The position numbers and the translations under genes are program-made. This document shows, piece after piece, positions 10,191-22,718 of a DNA stretch of 64,000 nucleotides; position 1 is the stretch's first letter; the number at the start of each line of letters is the position of its first letter. The notes under the pieces are model-generated. The model did not search any database and was not told where the DNA came from. It saw only the letters and a list, made by a program, of their open reading frames with translations. Location of the stretch: the NCBI GenBank assembly GCA_951406725.2, contig OX597815.1, forward strand, positions 134,106,001-134,170,000, given 5' to 3'. Source of the stretch: Octopus vulgaris. Its lineage: Eukaryota.

Positions 10191-10900
10191 ATATACGCAA
10201 TCAGTCAAATTCCTCTGCCCGCATGGTATTGATTTTCATAGATGGATTCGATTGGCCTATAGTTTTAAATTTGAATTACAATGGAAATTTTACGGTTAGT
10301 TAGCTAGGAAACATACACACGCGCACGCACATACATACATAGTTATATGTATACACACACACACACACACCCACACACATACACAGATATACCCACATAC
10401 ACAGATATACCCACATACACAACCAAATCATAAATAAATAAATAAAAAATATAAGAGGTACTATCGCAACTATACACATGCAAAACAGAGGAACTCAACC
10501 GATTGCACATACATGCATGCAGACATCACCACGGCCATGGTGCCGTCCAGGGCGGGTGGATGTCTGCATGCATGTATGTGCAATCGGTTGAGTTCCTCTG
10601 TTTTGCATGTGTATAGTTGCGATAGTACCTCTTATATTATTTATTTATTTATTTATTTATGATTTGGTTGTGTATGTGGGTATATCTGTGTGTATGTGTG
10701 TGGGTGTGTGTGTGTGTGTATACATATAACTATGTATGTATGTGCGCACAATTTGGGATTGTGTGTGCGCGTGTGTATGTTTCCTAGCTAACTAACCGTA
10801 AAATTTCCATTATAATTCAAATTTAAAACTATAGGCCAATCAAATCCATCTATGAAAATCAATACCATGCGGGCAGAGGAATTCGACTGATTGCGTATAT
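10191..10900. repeat. Long inverted repeat (arms ~10191-10527 and ~10559-10900, 31-nt spacer)
   Basis: Arms are near-exact reverse complements (ATATACGCAATCAGTC... / ...GACTGATTGCGTATAT) apart from microsatellite length changes and a short insertion. Confidence 0.95.
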
Positions 10901-11419
10901 AAGCTTTGTGAGTGGATTTCGTACACGGAAACTAAAAGAAGACTGTCGTATATATGTGTATATTTATGTGTGTGTGTGTGTCTGTGTTTGTACCCCCATC
11001 ATTGCTTGACAACTGATGTTGTTGTGTTTACATTCCCATAACTTAGTGGGTCGGCAAAAGACACTGATAGAATAAGTACTAGGCTTATAAAGAATAAATC
11101 CTGTGGTTGATCTGTTTGACCAACAGTGGTGCTCCAGCATGGCCACAGTTTTGTTATAATTTTATCAAATTGTTGATTTAAGTGAGTGCTATCTCAATCA
11201 TTTGTTTTTCCAAGCAGCTGTTTTAAATCAACTATTTTCAATAAACTGACACCAAACATACTCTGCCAATGGCAACCAACTATGGTAAAGGGCATGTCAC
11301 TATTATAAGCAGGCTTCCAGTTTCCGACAATGTCTTCCACCTTGAAAAACCCTCAAAGTAAGCAATACTTGTTTGGAGAGAATGAAACTTTACTTCAGTT
11401 TTGCTAACCTTGGATGAAG

Positions 11420-11655
11420 TCATATGGCCTGGTGGTTAGAATGTTGCACTCACAATTGCAAGATCAAGGTTTTGATTCTTGGACCGAGTAGTTTTGTGTT
11501 CTTGAGCTTAATGCTTCATTTAACATTGCTCCAGTTCATTTAACAGTAAATGGGTAATCCTGCAATGGACTGGCATCCTGTTCAGGGAGAAAGTTGTGAT
11601 CTCAGTCACTAATATACCATGGAAACCAGGTAATTGGCCCTTTGAGTCCTAAAAC
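11420..11655 (+). mobile_element. Old tRNA-derived SINE (CORE-like centre, CTGCAATGGACTGGCATCCTG tail)
   Basis: A/B-box-like head GGCCTGGTGGTTAG...GGTTTTGATTC; related copy at ~54105-54345; tail interrupted by the hAT element. Confidence 0.6.
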
Positions 11656-12068
11656 TAGTGCTGGTTTAATCATTAAGCAAAATAAGCACTTGCTTAGGGC
11701 ATCAAGGGAAGGAGGGTACACCACAGAAATGGTGAATAGTTTACAGCACAAAAGAAATCACTTTAAACTTGCTAAAATAATATTCAGGATGCCTTTATCT
11801 CTATTAAGTATAGATGCTGATGTGTTACATAAAATTAATTTTGAGGATCTGAGCAAAGACTTTGCAATTCAAAAAAGTAGGAGGAAACTTTTCAAATATA
11901 AGTGGAAGTATACAAAAATAAACATTATTTTCCTTCTTATTGTTTTATATCGTTTTGAAAAATAAAAATTTATTTTATGGTTTGTTATTTTTTATATTTT
12001 GAATTACATTATCTTTTATGGGAGCACCAAAATCTTTTAAGGCCATGACGGGTTTTAATCCAGCCCTG
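11656..12068 (+). mobile_element. Non-autonomous hAT transposon with a dimerization-domain remnant
   Basis: TIRs TAGTGCTGGTTTAA / TTAATCCAGCCCTG; 8-bp TSD CCTAAAAC (11648-11655) / CTTAAAAC (12069-12076); encodes LSLLSIDADVLHKINFEDLSKDFAIQKSRRK, typical of the hAT C-terminus. Confidence 0.85.
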
Positions 12069-12099
12069 CTTAAAACTCAAATTAGTAATGTCCAAGGGT

Positions 12100-12130
<31 letters not shown>

Positions 12131-13429
12131 AGCATCCCTTATATCAAGTCATTTGCCAGAACATTTACAGAGAAATCATGCCTGACCACACTTGAGTAAA
12201 AGAAGACAGCAGAGCTGTATCTACAACATAGTCACTTGATGGCTGGATCTGAAATATAGATGTTGGCAGCTGTTCAGTATAAAGCCATAATCAGGTGATC
12301 CATATATATCTCAGCTCACTTCCAAAGTTAATAGACTAACTTCATTACAGTGCCTTTATAGAGTTCACTCAGTAACACGCATGGATGCACAAAATCATTA
12401 AGAGCTAGATGTAACAGCCCGTGACTAAATGCATTATATAAAAATGTTAATATCTATAAATACTCATTCTCTTATGCTCATACTTGTATAAATGAAAATG
12501 GATCTAAAATTAATATACTAATACACCCTAAAACTTAACACACAAAATAATCATACAGAAAAAAATATATTAATTTTTTCATGCAAAATTTTTCTACCAA
12601 TCTGTTAAAAATAGTCAGCTGAAACCAAGTTTAGATATAATATAAATCAGAAAATAAAAAGCATAAGAAAAATATAAAAATAATTGACTAGTTTTTGGTC
12701 AGCAAACAGTATCTGAATATCGAAAGCAGAGTGTTATTAACTGCAAGATATGGTTAGTATCTCTACACCCAATATTTCTCGTAAGTCATTCTCAGAAAGA
12801 TTTAATTCAAATATATCAAGCATGAGGTGGATAATTCAAAGAAACATTGCGACATATTTCTGCTGGCTACTCAGTTCTTGTTAATACAGATTATGGTTGC
12901 AATGATGACACCCATAATTAATGTATACTAGTTGTTACCTGTCACCATGCTGCCAGGTAACAACCTAGTCAAGATAAAATAGATCCTTCAGTAGAAGGAT
13001 AATATAATGATCACATTGATAAGCACAACAGCAACCTTTATTTTTTCCCTTTTTGACACAAATTTTAATTCTCTCTCTCAACAACAACAACCTGTCATTA
13101 TAGTGAAAGTCTTTTTTTTCAAGTCTGTGCTGCTTTGTCTGAATGTTAAAAGACATACAAAAGCACACACATACATATACAGAAATACATACTCAACCAA
13201 CCCAAAAAATAACTTTATGCATTATATATATATACAAATAGTTATTTTTTGAAATCCATGTTGCATTGTGTTGACAAACTTTCACTTAAAATACCTGCAT
13301 TTTAAACAAATCTTGTTAGTTACTAAGGTAACAACAGCCACATTCTCTCTCTCTCATATTTCTTTCTCAACAACAGGCAAACATGCATGCACATGTGCAT
13401 GTACACACACATTTACACTCACACATACA

Positions 13430-14180
13430 CATCGCTTAGAGTGGATAGCATCTGTGGAAGAGAGAGACCCAGCAAAACATGGAATGAAGTATTGAAGGCC
13501 GATCTCATGGAGGAGATGACAACAGACAGAGATATGAGGTCCTTGAGAAGACCCATCCATCTCACTGAAACTGAGTTCTGGAAGCGCCGTGTATTCTACC
13601 TAAGTGTTACATTAATTCACACACCTTACTGCAATAAACCAAGCTACATCTAATCTTCATGCACTATGCATTTCTCTCCTCACCACTGCTGGAGTTCTAT
13701 CTGTTCTGTCATCTCTCTTTCTTGTTCTCTCTCTGTTGACTGTATCATTGCTATCCTCTAGCTCCTTTATATACCCCTGTTTCATCATTCGCTAGATTCT
13801 CCACTTTTCTCCTCTTTTGCAACTTTGTGAACCCCCTACTCACACACACTGAGCAACCCTCTACTATTCCATTTACATTTATATCCTTGCACATAGAGAG
13901 TGTACCTAGGCATATCACCACCATCTCTCTCTCTCATTCTCTCTCTTCCTCTGACTGGAGTAACCATGTATCTCATCTACTGCAAGACACTTGTTTCTGT
14001 CCCTCTGTCATAGTTTAACCTTTCACCACCTGCATAAAGCCACCTCCTCTCAGTTGAGGGATCTTTGTCTTGCAAATTATGTGGTGACCTCACTGGTAAT
14101 TAGTACTACATAAAAAGCATCCAGTCCACTCTGTAAAGTGATTGGTATTAGAAAGGGTATACAGCCATAAAACCATGTCA
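13430..14180 (+). mobile_element. Old RTE LINE 3' remnant
   Basis: GRERPSKTWNEVLKADL..EMTTDRD matches the RTE C-terminus seen at ~8930-9030; ends in the AAAAAGCATCC...GGTATTAGAAAGGG tail. Confidence 0.65.
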
Positions 14181-14204
14181 ATTTAGACTTTGTTGGTGCT
14201 GGTA

Positions 14205-14765
14205 CCACATACCCAGGACATCAATCGTCTGGAAGCCATTCAGCGACGTGCAACCAAAAGAATACCCTCCATCAGGCATTTGCCATATCCTGAACGCCTT
14301 ACTTCCCTGGGCATGGACACATTGAAACTCCGACGTCTGGCAGCTGACTTGGCAGACACCCATAAAATTATCAACCATCGCACAAACAATAACTCTGAGC
14401 ACCTCTTCAAACTCCACCCATCTAACACCCGTGGACATATTTACAAAGTAAGAAAACAGCACAGCTCCCATGACTTCAGGAAACATTTTTTCACGCTGAG
14501 AGTTGCTGAAGCATGGAACAAACTGCCGGCATCGGTTGTTAGTTGTCGGAGCACTGCATCCTTCAAAACTTCCATGCTTCCTGAGATTCGCCAACACTAC
14601 ACTTGATTTTCTCCCCTCCATACACACACAAGCATGTATCTGACTCATACACTGTTCACTTTCCAGACATTTCTACATTACTGCATGTACTTTATATGCA
14701 CTTTCTGACAAGTTGTGGTGCACCTGAGCACTGTTACAATAATCTCATTATTATTTTTATTTTAT
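14205..14765 (+). mobile_element. CR1-clade LINE 3' fragment
   Basis: ORF 14190-14606: DINRLEAIQRRATKRIP..LPYPERL..L..RR...DL...TRGH.YK...RKHFFTLRVAEAWNKLP; (ATT/TTTA) tail; inserted into an RTE-tail repeat (GGTACCAC|ATAAAAAGCAC). Confidence 0.88.
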
Positions 14766-15519
14766 TTATAAAAAAGCACTCAGTTCACTCACTAAAGTGG
14801 TTGGCATTAGGAACGGCATCCAGTTGTAAGAACTATGCAAAAGTATATAGTGGAGATTGGCACAGTCCCCAGCTCCTGTCAAACCATCTAATCCATGCCA
14901 ATATAGAAGACAGACATTAAATGATGATAATGATAATGATGATGGCTGCTTTCAGTTTCCGTCTTCCAAATCCACTCACAAGACTTTAGTTGGTCTGAAG
15001 CTATAACAGAAGACACTTGCCCAAGTTACTACACAGTAATACTGAACCTGGAACCATATAATTGGGAAGAAGACTTCTTACCATACAGCCATGCCTGTGC
15101 CTATAAGCCACATCTGACTCAAACCAAAAATTACTAAATTTATTGACATTATGTTTTATCCAATGAAATTTTGGTGCCTGATGAGAGAAACTAAATTTTA
15201 TATGTTGGGTTCAATTTTTGTAAGAAATAAATAAATGTCCCCTCTTTCAGTGATTTTCAGACACCTTATTTGTTTAGTATCGATAATATTTACAGCATTA
15301 AAGCTTGATTCATCAAGATATGTGGTTGAGAAAGTTAGCAGTACTTTCTTAACCACATACTTTGGATATAATGCAATAATAATAAAATAAATAAATGATA
15401 GTGATAATGACAATGATAAAGACCCTGTGAAACCCTTAGCAACAGGTTGCTGTCCACTCTTACAGAATTAGCCAGAGTAAGTGAAATCAAGAGCTCTGAG
15501 AAGTAGAATGTACAACAAC

Positions 15520-15974
15520 AATAATAATAATCCTTTCAATTACAGGCACAAGCTCTGAAATTTGGGGGAAGGAGATAGTCAATTACACTGATCCCAGTAC
15601 TCAACAGGTACTTAATTTATTGACTCCAAAAGGATGAAAGGCAAAGTTGACCATGGAAGAATTTGAACTCAGATAGCAACAGACAAAATACTGCTAAGCA
15701 TTTTGCCTGGTGTGCTAACAATTCTGCCAGCTTGTTGCCTTAACAATCATTATAATCCTTTCTACTATAGGCACAAGGCCTGAAATTTGGGGGGAAGGGA
15801 ACTAATCGATTACATCGACCCCAGTATTTCACTGGTACTTTATTCATCTACCCCAAAAGGATGAAAGGCAAAGTTGACCTCAGCAGAATTTGAGCTCAGA
15901 ACATGAAGATGGACAAGATATTGCTTAGCATTTCACCTGGCATGCTAACAATTCTGCCAGCTTGCCACTTCATC

Positions 15975-16013
<39 letters not shown>

Positions 16014-16416
16014 CCTTTCTACACAAGGCCAGAAATTCAGTGAGAAGGGGACTAGTTAATTATAGCGACCCATTGTTTCACTGGTACTTAATTTATTGAC
16101 CTTGAAAGGATGAAAGGCAAAGTTGACCTTGAACTCAGAACATAGCAGCAGATGAAATGCTGCTAAGCATTTCCCCTGGCATGCTAACAATTCTGCCAGC
16201 TCGCTGCTTTAACAATAATAATAATAATAATAATAATAATCCTTTCTACTATAGGCACAAGGCCTGAAATTTTGGGGGAAGTGGCCAGTTGATTAGATCG
16301 ACCCGGTACACAACAGGGACTTAATTTATCGACCCTGAAAGGATGAAAGGCTAAGTCAACCTCTGTGGAATTTGAACTGAGAACTTAAGGACAAACGAAA
16401 AGCCTGACATGCTAAC

Positions 16417-16456
<40 letters not shown>

Positions 16457-16680
16457 TTGGTTTCAAATTTTGGTACAAGGCCAGCAATTTCAAGGGAGGC
16501 AGTAAGTTCATTACATTGACCCCAATGTTCAAATGGTACCTTTTTTTTTATCAACTTCAAAAGGATGAAAGGCAAAAATCAACCTTGGTAGAATGTGAAT
16601 TCAGAATGTAAAGACAGATGAAATGTCACTAAGCATTTTGTCTGGCATGCTAACAATTCTGCCAGTTTGCTACCTTAAAA
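15520..16680 (-). repeat. Tandem array of ~5 tRNA-derived Nin-domain SINEs with (ATT)n tails
   Basis: Repeated ~230-bp unit containing GACTTTGCCTTTCATCCTTTC...GATAAATTAAGTACCAG on the minus strand, separated by (AAT)n; heavy CpG>TpG decay. Confidence 0.85.
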
Positions 16681-16729
16681 ACAACAGCAACAGCATCAGC
16701 AGCAACAACAACACTAACAGGAGTAACAA

Positions 16730-17600
16730 TAATAATAATGAGCTTATTGTATAGTCTCAGGTGCATTGCAATTTGTCAAAGAAAAATAAAAGAGCAAACA
16801 GAAAGCTGAAAAAAGTCAAGTAAAGAAAAACAGCCATGATAGCCAAAAGTGTATGCATAGAACACAAGATAAAAGAGAAAAAGACAAAAACATGAATGGT
16901 AAAAGAGTCATAAAGAGGGAAGAGTGCATAAGCATGTCAGGTGAAGTGCTGGCAAATTTGGAATTTTTGAAGGATGCAGTGTTGTGAGAGATAACAACAG
17001 TCACAGAGAGTATATTCCATAGTTGGACAATTCTGAGCTTGACAAAAGTTTCTGAAAGTAATAGCTGTTATTTTTTTATTTTATAAGCATATCTATGGGT
17101 GGCAGAGATACTGAATTCCAATAGGTGACTAAATTTGTTGTTGGAAAGATTGTAGATAATCTTGTGTCCTTCTATCATGTTTACTATTAGACATAGAAAT
17201 TTTAGTGTGGTGATGTTCAGAGAAGCGAGATGTTCAAGATACAGTAGCAACAGACAAGAAGTATTCATCTGGTTGCATATCTTTGAACAACTTCCAGTAT
17301 ATCAATGTTCTGAACAAGGTGGGGGCTCCAGATAAGTGATGCAAACTGAAACCAAAAACATACAATAGCCACATACAGCTTTATACAGATAATTGGTAAG
17401 AAGCTGACAAAGTTCTTACTGAGTAATGCTAAGACACCTTCAGCCTTTCTAATGATTTTAGAAATATGGCTTATCCAATACAGATCATTTCAGACAATAA
17501 TACCACATTCACCAGGAGACTTCTTAAAGTTGTTGTTGTGGAGAGTAAATTCAAGAGTTTTCCTCCCAAAATACATAGTGGTATGCTTGTCAACAGCCGT
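16730..17600 (-). mobile_element. Decayed CR1 LINE 3' portion
   Basis: Minus translation ASLIWSPHLVQNIDILEVVQRYATR (~17265-17345) and RIVQLWN (~17015-17035). Confidence 0.75.
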
Positions 17601-17769
17601 TGATGCATTATGTCCTGATCAGATTGTAGGAAAGATCTATAGTGTAAAGGAACTTATTATTTTTTTTTTATCTGAAGGAGTTTTAAATAGCTATCCCTAC
17701 TGAAATTGTATCTGCCCCTTTTCCATATTTTTGTTCTAATAGTTTTCTTGACATGTTACACCAACTTGA

Positions 17770-18650
17770 TTAGCATTTACAATAAAAGAATTCACAATCC
17801 AGTAATGTACCTTCGAGTTCAAAATATGATTATATCATTTTCCATATCCATTTTAAGATCACTGAGGTAACGACTAACCTTTCAAACTTCCCTGATGGCA
17901 GTTCTTTAAACTAACGAAATTCTCCCATCCATAAAAATTATGACAGAAAAGATATAGTTTTGCCATAAATACAAAAATTAATATTTTTGCATTGGATAAA
18001 TTAGATCTGTGAAGCTGCAAATTAACTTGATTACATTTCTTTAAAATGCTTGCCAAATAAAATGCGTCACATTTTATTTTAACTAATGACAGAGATTGAC
18101 CTCATTTTCTTTCCTAAGACAGTGCGACACTCACATGATTGTACAAAATGAATCAAGTATTCGCCCTTTGAAAGTCAACAAATTTCTGTATGTAACAGTC
18201 ACTTAATGAATTGCCCATTATTGTCCTGGCCCAGCTGTTGAAACACTATCATTTTTGGCATTTGATTTGATCTTATTTTTATAACCCTAATTATTACACT
18301 TAATAAATGAAGACTTGTGCTTAAATGTTTTCCAACAAGATGTTGCTGCTGCACCACACAGTGAATACATAAAACATTTGGCACTTCCTTCTTATGCTGC
18401 ATGTATTACAAATGGGACACCATCAGGAATTCATTCAACAATATTGTTCAAGGTTATACTATTTTTTTCTTCCAAAGCATGATTTCACAGCAGCAATATA
18501 AAAAGATTTAGAGATATAAAACCATTTGTATCTGTAACAAGATTTAAAGTAATTAACATTTCTTTACACAACATATTTTTCATCAAAATACCAAACACTC
18601 ATTGCTAGTTTATTCTTTAGAGAAGAAAGCAATTTTTGCTTCCATTATTT
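17770..18650 (-). pseudogene. Decayed hAT (Charlie/SCAND3-like) transposase
   Basis: PDGVP (decayed TDGAP), VPNVLCIHCVVQQQHLVGKHL (hAT HC..H motif) and FYLASILKKCNQVNLQL...FMAKLYLF. Confidence 0.75.
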
Positions 18651-19333
18651 AATACTTTCACGAAATGCCAGAAAGCACCAGAAAAGTTTAGCATCAGTGT
18701 CATTTAATGTCTATTTTTCATGCTGGGTTGGATGGTTTGACAGGAACTGGCCAGCTGGGGAGCTGCCCATGTTCCAATTGTTTATTTTGGCATGGTTTCT
18801 ATGGCTGGATGCCCTTTCTATCACCAACAACTTCATAGAGTATACTAGGTGCTTTTTGTGTTGCTCCAGCATGGCTGCTTTTATGTGGCTCTGGCACAAG
18901 TTCTTTTTATGTGACACTAGCACCCACAAGCCCTCAAGGGAAGGACCTGCCTATGAAAATGTAAAAGAAAGAGAGCCGACAGTGCTGTATTAATAAAAGA
19001 AAGCAAATAAATCATTTAGAAAAATAATGGAATCATTAACATAGAGCTTCAACCACACACTGCATCAGAAAAATAAAAAAATGACACGATGCTCTCCACA
19101 GAATTCTTCATTCCATAAATTTAAAAGAATTTGAAGGAAGTTTTAAAATTGTTGGCAAACTTTGATCTTGACATAGTGCAATATATCAGTAATGTAGAAA
19201 AAAATATATTTATCTTCATTAATGTAGAATAAATGTATTTAGTTACAGGCATCTAGTTTTTGCTAGAAATTACTGCATTCAGACCCAAGAACATTTGAAA
19301 GCAAATGGCAAAAACAAAGGTTTATGTTGATAC

Positions 19334-19373
<40 letters not shown>

Positions 19374-19461
19374 TGTGTGTGAATTTGTGTGTGGTGTGTA
19401 TGTATGAAAATATGTGTGTGTGTGTTGTTCCTCATCTTTACCTTGCATAAAAATTGCAAAC

Positions 19462-19820
19462 GAGTATCACCGTCACACAAACAGAGTCATTCATTTCCAA
19501 TCTTTCATAGAAACGGTATCTTCTCATGAGGAAATATTACTATGCTTGGAAAGAAGTGAGAGTTGGTAACAGAAAGGGCATCATGATGTAGAAAATCTGC
19601 CTCAACAAATTCCATCTGACCCATGCAAGCATGTTAAAATGGGCATTAAAATGACAATGATGCTGATGAAGAGGAGGCTGTGATGGTGAAGGAGGAACTC
19701 CCTAAGTTTACTGTTCAGTGTGGATATGATAAAGTTTTTTTTTTTAAATTTCAGAGCAGCTATTCAGGTCATTGTTATAATTTCAATTGCCAGATGTGAC
19801 AGTAGTTTATGTTGATACAC

Positions 19821-19854
<34 letters not shown>

Positions 19855-20031
19855 TGTGTAAATGAGTGTCACTATCACATAAACAGTCATTCATTTCCAA
19901 TCTTTCATAGAAACGGTATCTTCTCATGAGGAAATATTACTTTGCTTGGAAAGAAGTGAGGGTTGGTAACAGAAAGGGCATCATGATATCGAAAATCTGC
20001 CTCAACAAATTCCATCTGACCCATGCAAGCA
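19462..20031 (+). repeat. Local ~170-bp direct duplication (19462-19632 / ~19863-20031)
   Basis: Near-identical GTCATTCATTTCCAATCTTTCATAGAAACGG...CCCATGCAAGCAT in both copies, each after a (GT)n tract. Confidence 0.85.
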
Positions 20032-20297
20032 TTCAACAAGCTGAAGTTCATAATAAGTGAGAGGGGGAAAAAACTTGGTTTTAAGCCTTACTCAGTATTG
20101 ACTATAACAAAACTGAACACAAATTTTTATATTATTGATGCCCTTGCATTATCAAAATTGAAAAAATACAGTTGGTACAGTTGATGAGGATATGACATAC
20201 ATAGACACAAAGACACACATATATATGTGTATGTGGTCTGTGTGTGTCAAGCAGTTGGTGGTGATGTGACATACATAGGCATATATATGTGTATATA

Positions 20298-20922
20298 TCT
20301 ATATACATAAAACTCAACTTGTGTATCTGTGTGTGTGTCTGTGTGTTTAACTTCCCAGCACATCTCCTCCTAGCCAACAAATCGTAGAACCACCAAAAAT
20401 GGGTCACTTAAAGTTTAGGCGAATGAAACTTGAACTGCGCTATTTCTGTTCTGAAATTCATCTCGCAAGTGCAAAAATCGATAATGTGTTTGTTTAGGCC
20501 TTATCCCATGCATTGAATAGTGAACTTTACTCAGTCAGCTGTTTGACGTGAACTGTGTTCACCACGCGTGCAAGCATGCGTAAATTGTTTTCATAACATT
20601 TTTAACGCTTTGAATTAAATGTGACCATTTTGCATTGAGTCTGCAGTTTGAATCACTTTAACCAAATTTTAGCAGGCCGGATTTTTGATCATCCCGATAC
20701 ATCGCCAGCAACTCCCTGAAACTCTCCCCTGAAATCCCCGTTGAGAAATCTATATATATAAAACTCAACTTGTGTGTCTGTGTGTGTATCTGTGTGTGTG
20801 TATCTGTGTGTGTGACTGTGTGTGTGTGTATCTGTGTGTGTGTATCTGTGTGTGTGACTGTGTGTTTAACTTTTGGATCTACCAAGTTTCATTATTAAGG
20901 ATGGAAAGTAGTGTGTAGCAAA
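20298..20922 (+). mobile_element. Helitron 5'-end fragments (two starts, 20298 and 20749)
   Basis: A|TCTATATA(C/T)ATAAAACTCAACTTGTGT...GTGTGTTTAACTT occurs twice. Confidence 0.6.
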
Positions 20923-21313
20923 TCTATATATATAAAGCTGAAGTTGTCTGTGTGTGGCAGGTTTGGTAGCCTCCAACTAACACTATCTCCTTTGAGACCC
21001 AGCAGCGCAAGTTGACCAAAATTGAGAGTATGATAGAAGATGGCTTGCTCTTCATTCCGTAGAAGATAAAATTCAAATCAGACCATGTTAACACCAAAAA
21101 TTATTTACATCAAAAAGGTGCTTTTTTTCTATGAAAATTCTTATTTTTTACGATTTTTGACTGCTGTGTCACCATTTTTCGGTGTATTTCAACTGGAAAA
21201 ATGTTCACTTGAAGAGAAAATAACAAGTTGCATAATGCAAAATTTTTACTTTTCAAAAATTCCAATTCTAAAGGGTCGAAACAAACCCAAGCAACACCGG
21301 GTGATACTGCTAG
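20923..21313 (+). mobile_element. Complete non-autonomous Helitron
   Basis: A|TCTATATATATAAAGC start, subterminal hairpin CCCAAGCAACACCGGG, and CTAG|T end. Confidence 0.85.
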
Positions 21314-21590
21314 TATATATATATATATATATATAATATTAGAGAGTATAACTCCAAACTTACAGGCAAAAATCCAATTAGTATTAAATCAAATTTCACA
21401 AGTCTTTTTATTTATTATATATTGTTTATTCCTTTTTGTACTTTTTGTGATATAGTTATATGTTTTATGATATATTTTATTTTTTCTTTATGATTTGGTT
21501 TATGTCTATCATTGTTTGAATTGCATAATAGTGGCTTTTCTCTAATTTATATATATATATATATATATATATGTACAGAGAGAGAAAGAG

Positions 21591-22202
21591 GGAGGTGCAG
21601 TGAATAAATTGTCATCTAAATTACACAAAAATCAAAATAACACTGACATCTCATTTTAACAGATATATTTACTAAAATCACATTAAAATATCTTGAAATA
21701 CTAAAGAGTAAATTTATTTGCTAAAATTGCCATTGGGTTCACCCCCAACTTCAAGACAACTGATAAGAAACTTAGACACTCCCATGTCCCTGGCAATGGA
21801 CCTGATTCACTAGGAGGGATCATTATCAATCATGGCCTCGATCTCACCAACAAATTCAGGAGTTCTTTTCTTATCAGAATGATCCGAGTGAGTTTTCTGA
21901 GTTGCCATACTTTTGTAATCACCATTAGATTCATCCAACTCTTTCTGAATCCTCTGCACTATTCTCAGATTGACACCCAAACATTCTGAAATGTTCATAC
22001 TGGAGCTTCCGGTGTGAATGCCAAGCAGTACAGCCTGTTGTTTTCAAATTTCTGGCAGAGTGAATTGCATCATGGTGCTGTTTTTCTCACAGATGGTGCT
22101 CAACTGACCCTACTATACTGTGTAGTCAACAAAATCAAAAACAAACGATGTGTATGCACGAAATAAAATATAAAATGACGACAATTTACCCATCGCACCC
22201 TG
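21591..22202 (-). mobile_element. Internally deleted Tc1/mariner-superfamily element
   Basis: Imperfect TIRs GGTGCAGTGAATAAATTGTC / GACAATTTACCCATCGCACCCTG|TA. ORF 21810-21998 ISECLGVNLRIVQRIQKEL...KKRTPEFV.EIEAMIDNDPS resembles a transposase N-terminal HTH. Confidence 0.75.
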
Positions 22203-22314
22203 TATACATGTCTATGTGTGTGTATGTGTCTTTGCATCTGTGTATGTCACACCACTACTAACTGCTGAAGAACAGTTCAGCAGTTGGTGGTGGTGTGACA
22301 TACATGTGTAACAT

Positions 22315-22595
22315 TGTCCGTTTTTTTCCGTCCTTGTTTTTGCATACATTCGCTGCTTTCTTCCAAGGAATCTAATGCTCTTAGCTTAGTTTTTCCTTGG
22401 GGCAGGCCAGATTGGAGCAATCTCAAGAATAATCAGCCGAAATTGCAAGGATAATCTAGTTCTTGACTGTAGATAGAAAACTTCGAATGACCCGTCCTTG
22501 ATTTCTTTGTATCATCTTTCTGGATGTTTTGTTGTCCCCTTTTTGTATCACCTAGTTGTCCAGATGTTTTGCGTTCTTGTCCCATTTTGTATGTT
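22315..22595. repeat. Unclassified interspersed repeat next to (TA)n at 22595-22740
   Basis: CpG-retaining, T-rich unit abutting microsatellite; a similarly organised unit lies at ~33030-33560. Family not identified. Confidence 0.4.
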
Positions 22596-22631
22596 ATATA
22601 TATATATGTGTGTATATATATATATATATAA

Positions 22632-22718
<87 letters not shown>

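Noticed and set aside
11190-11340. Minus-strand 48-codon open stretch VEDIVGNWKPAY...
   Set aside because: No recognisable homology and a weak splice context; length compatible with chance.
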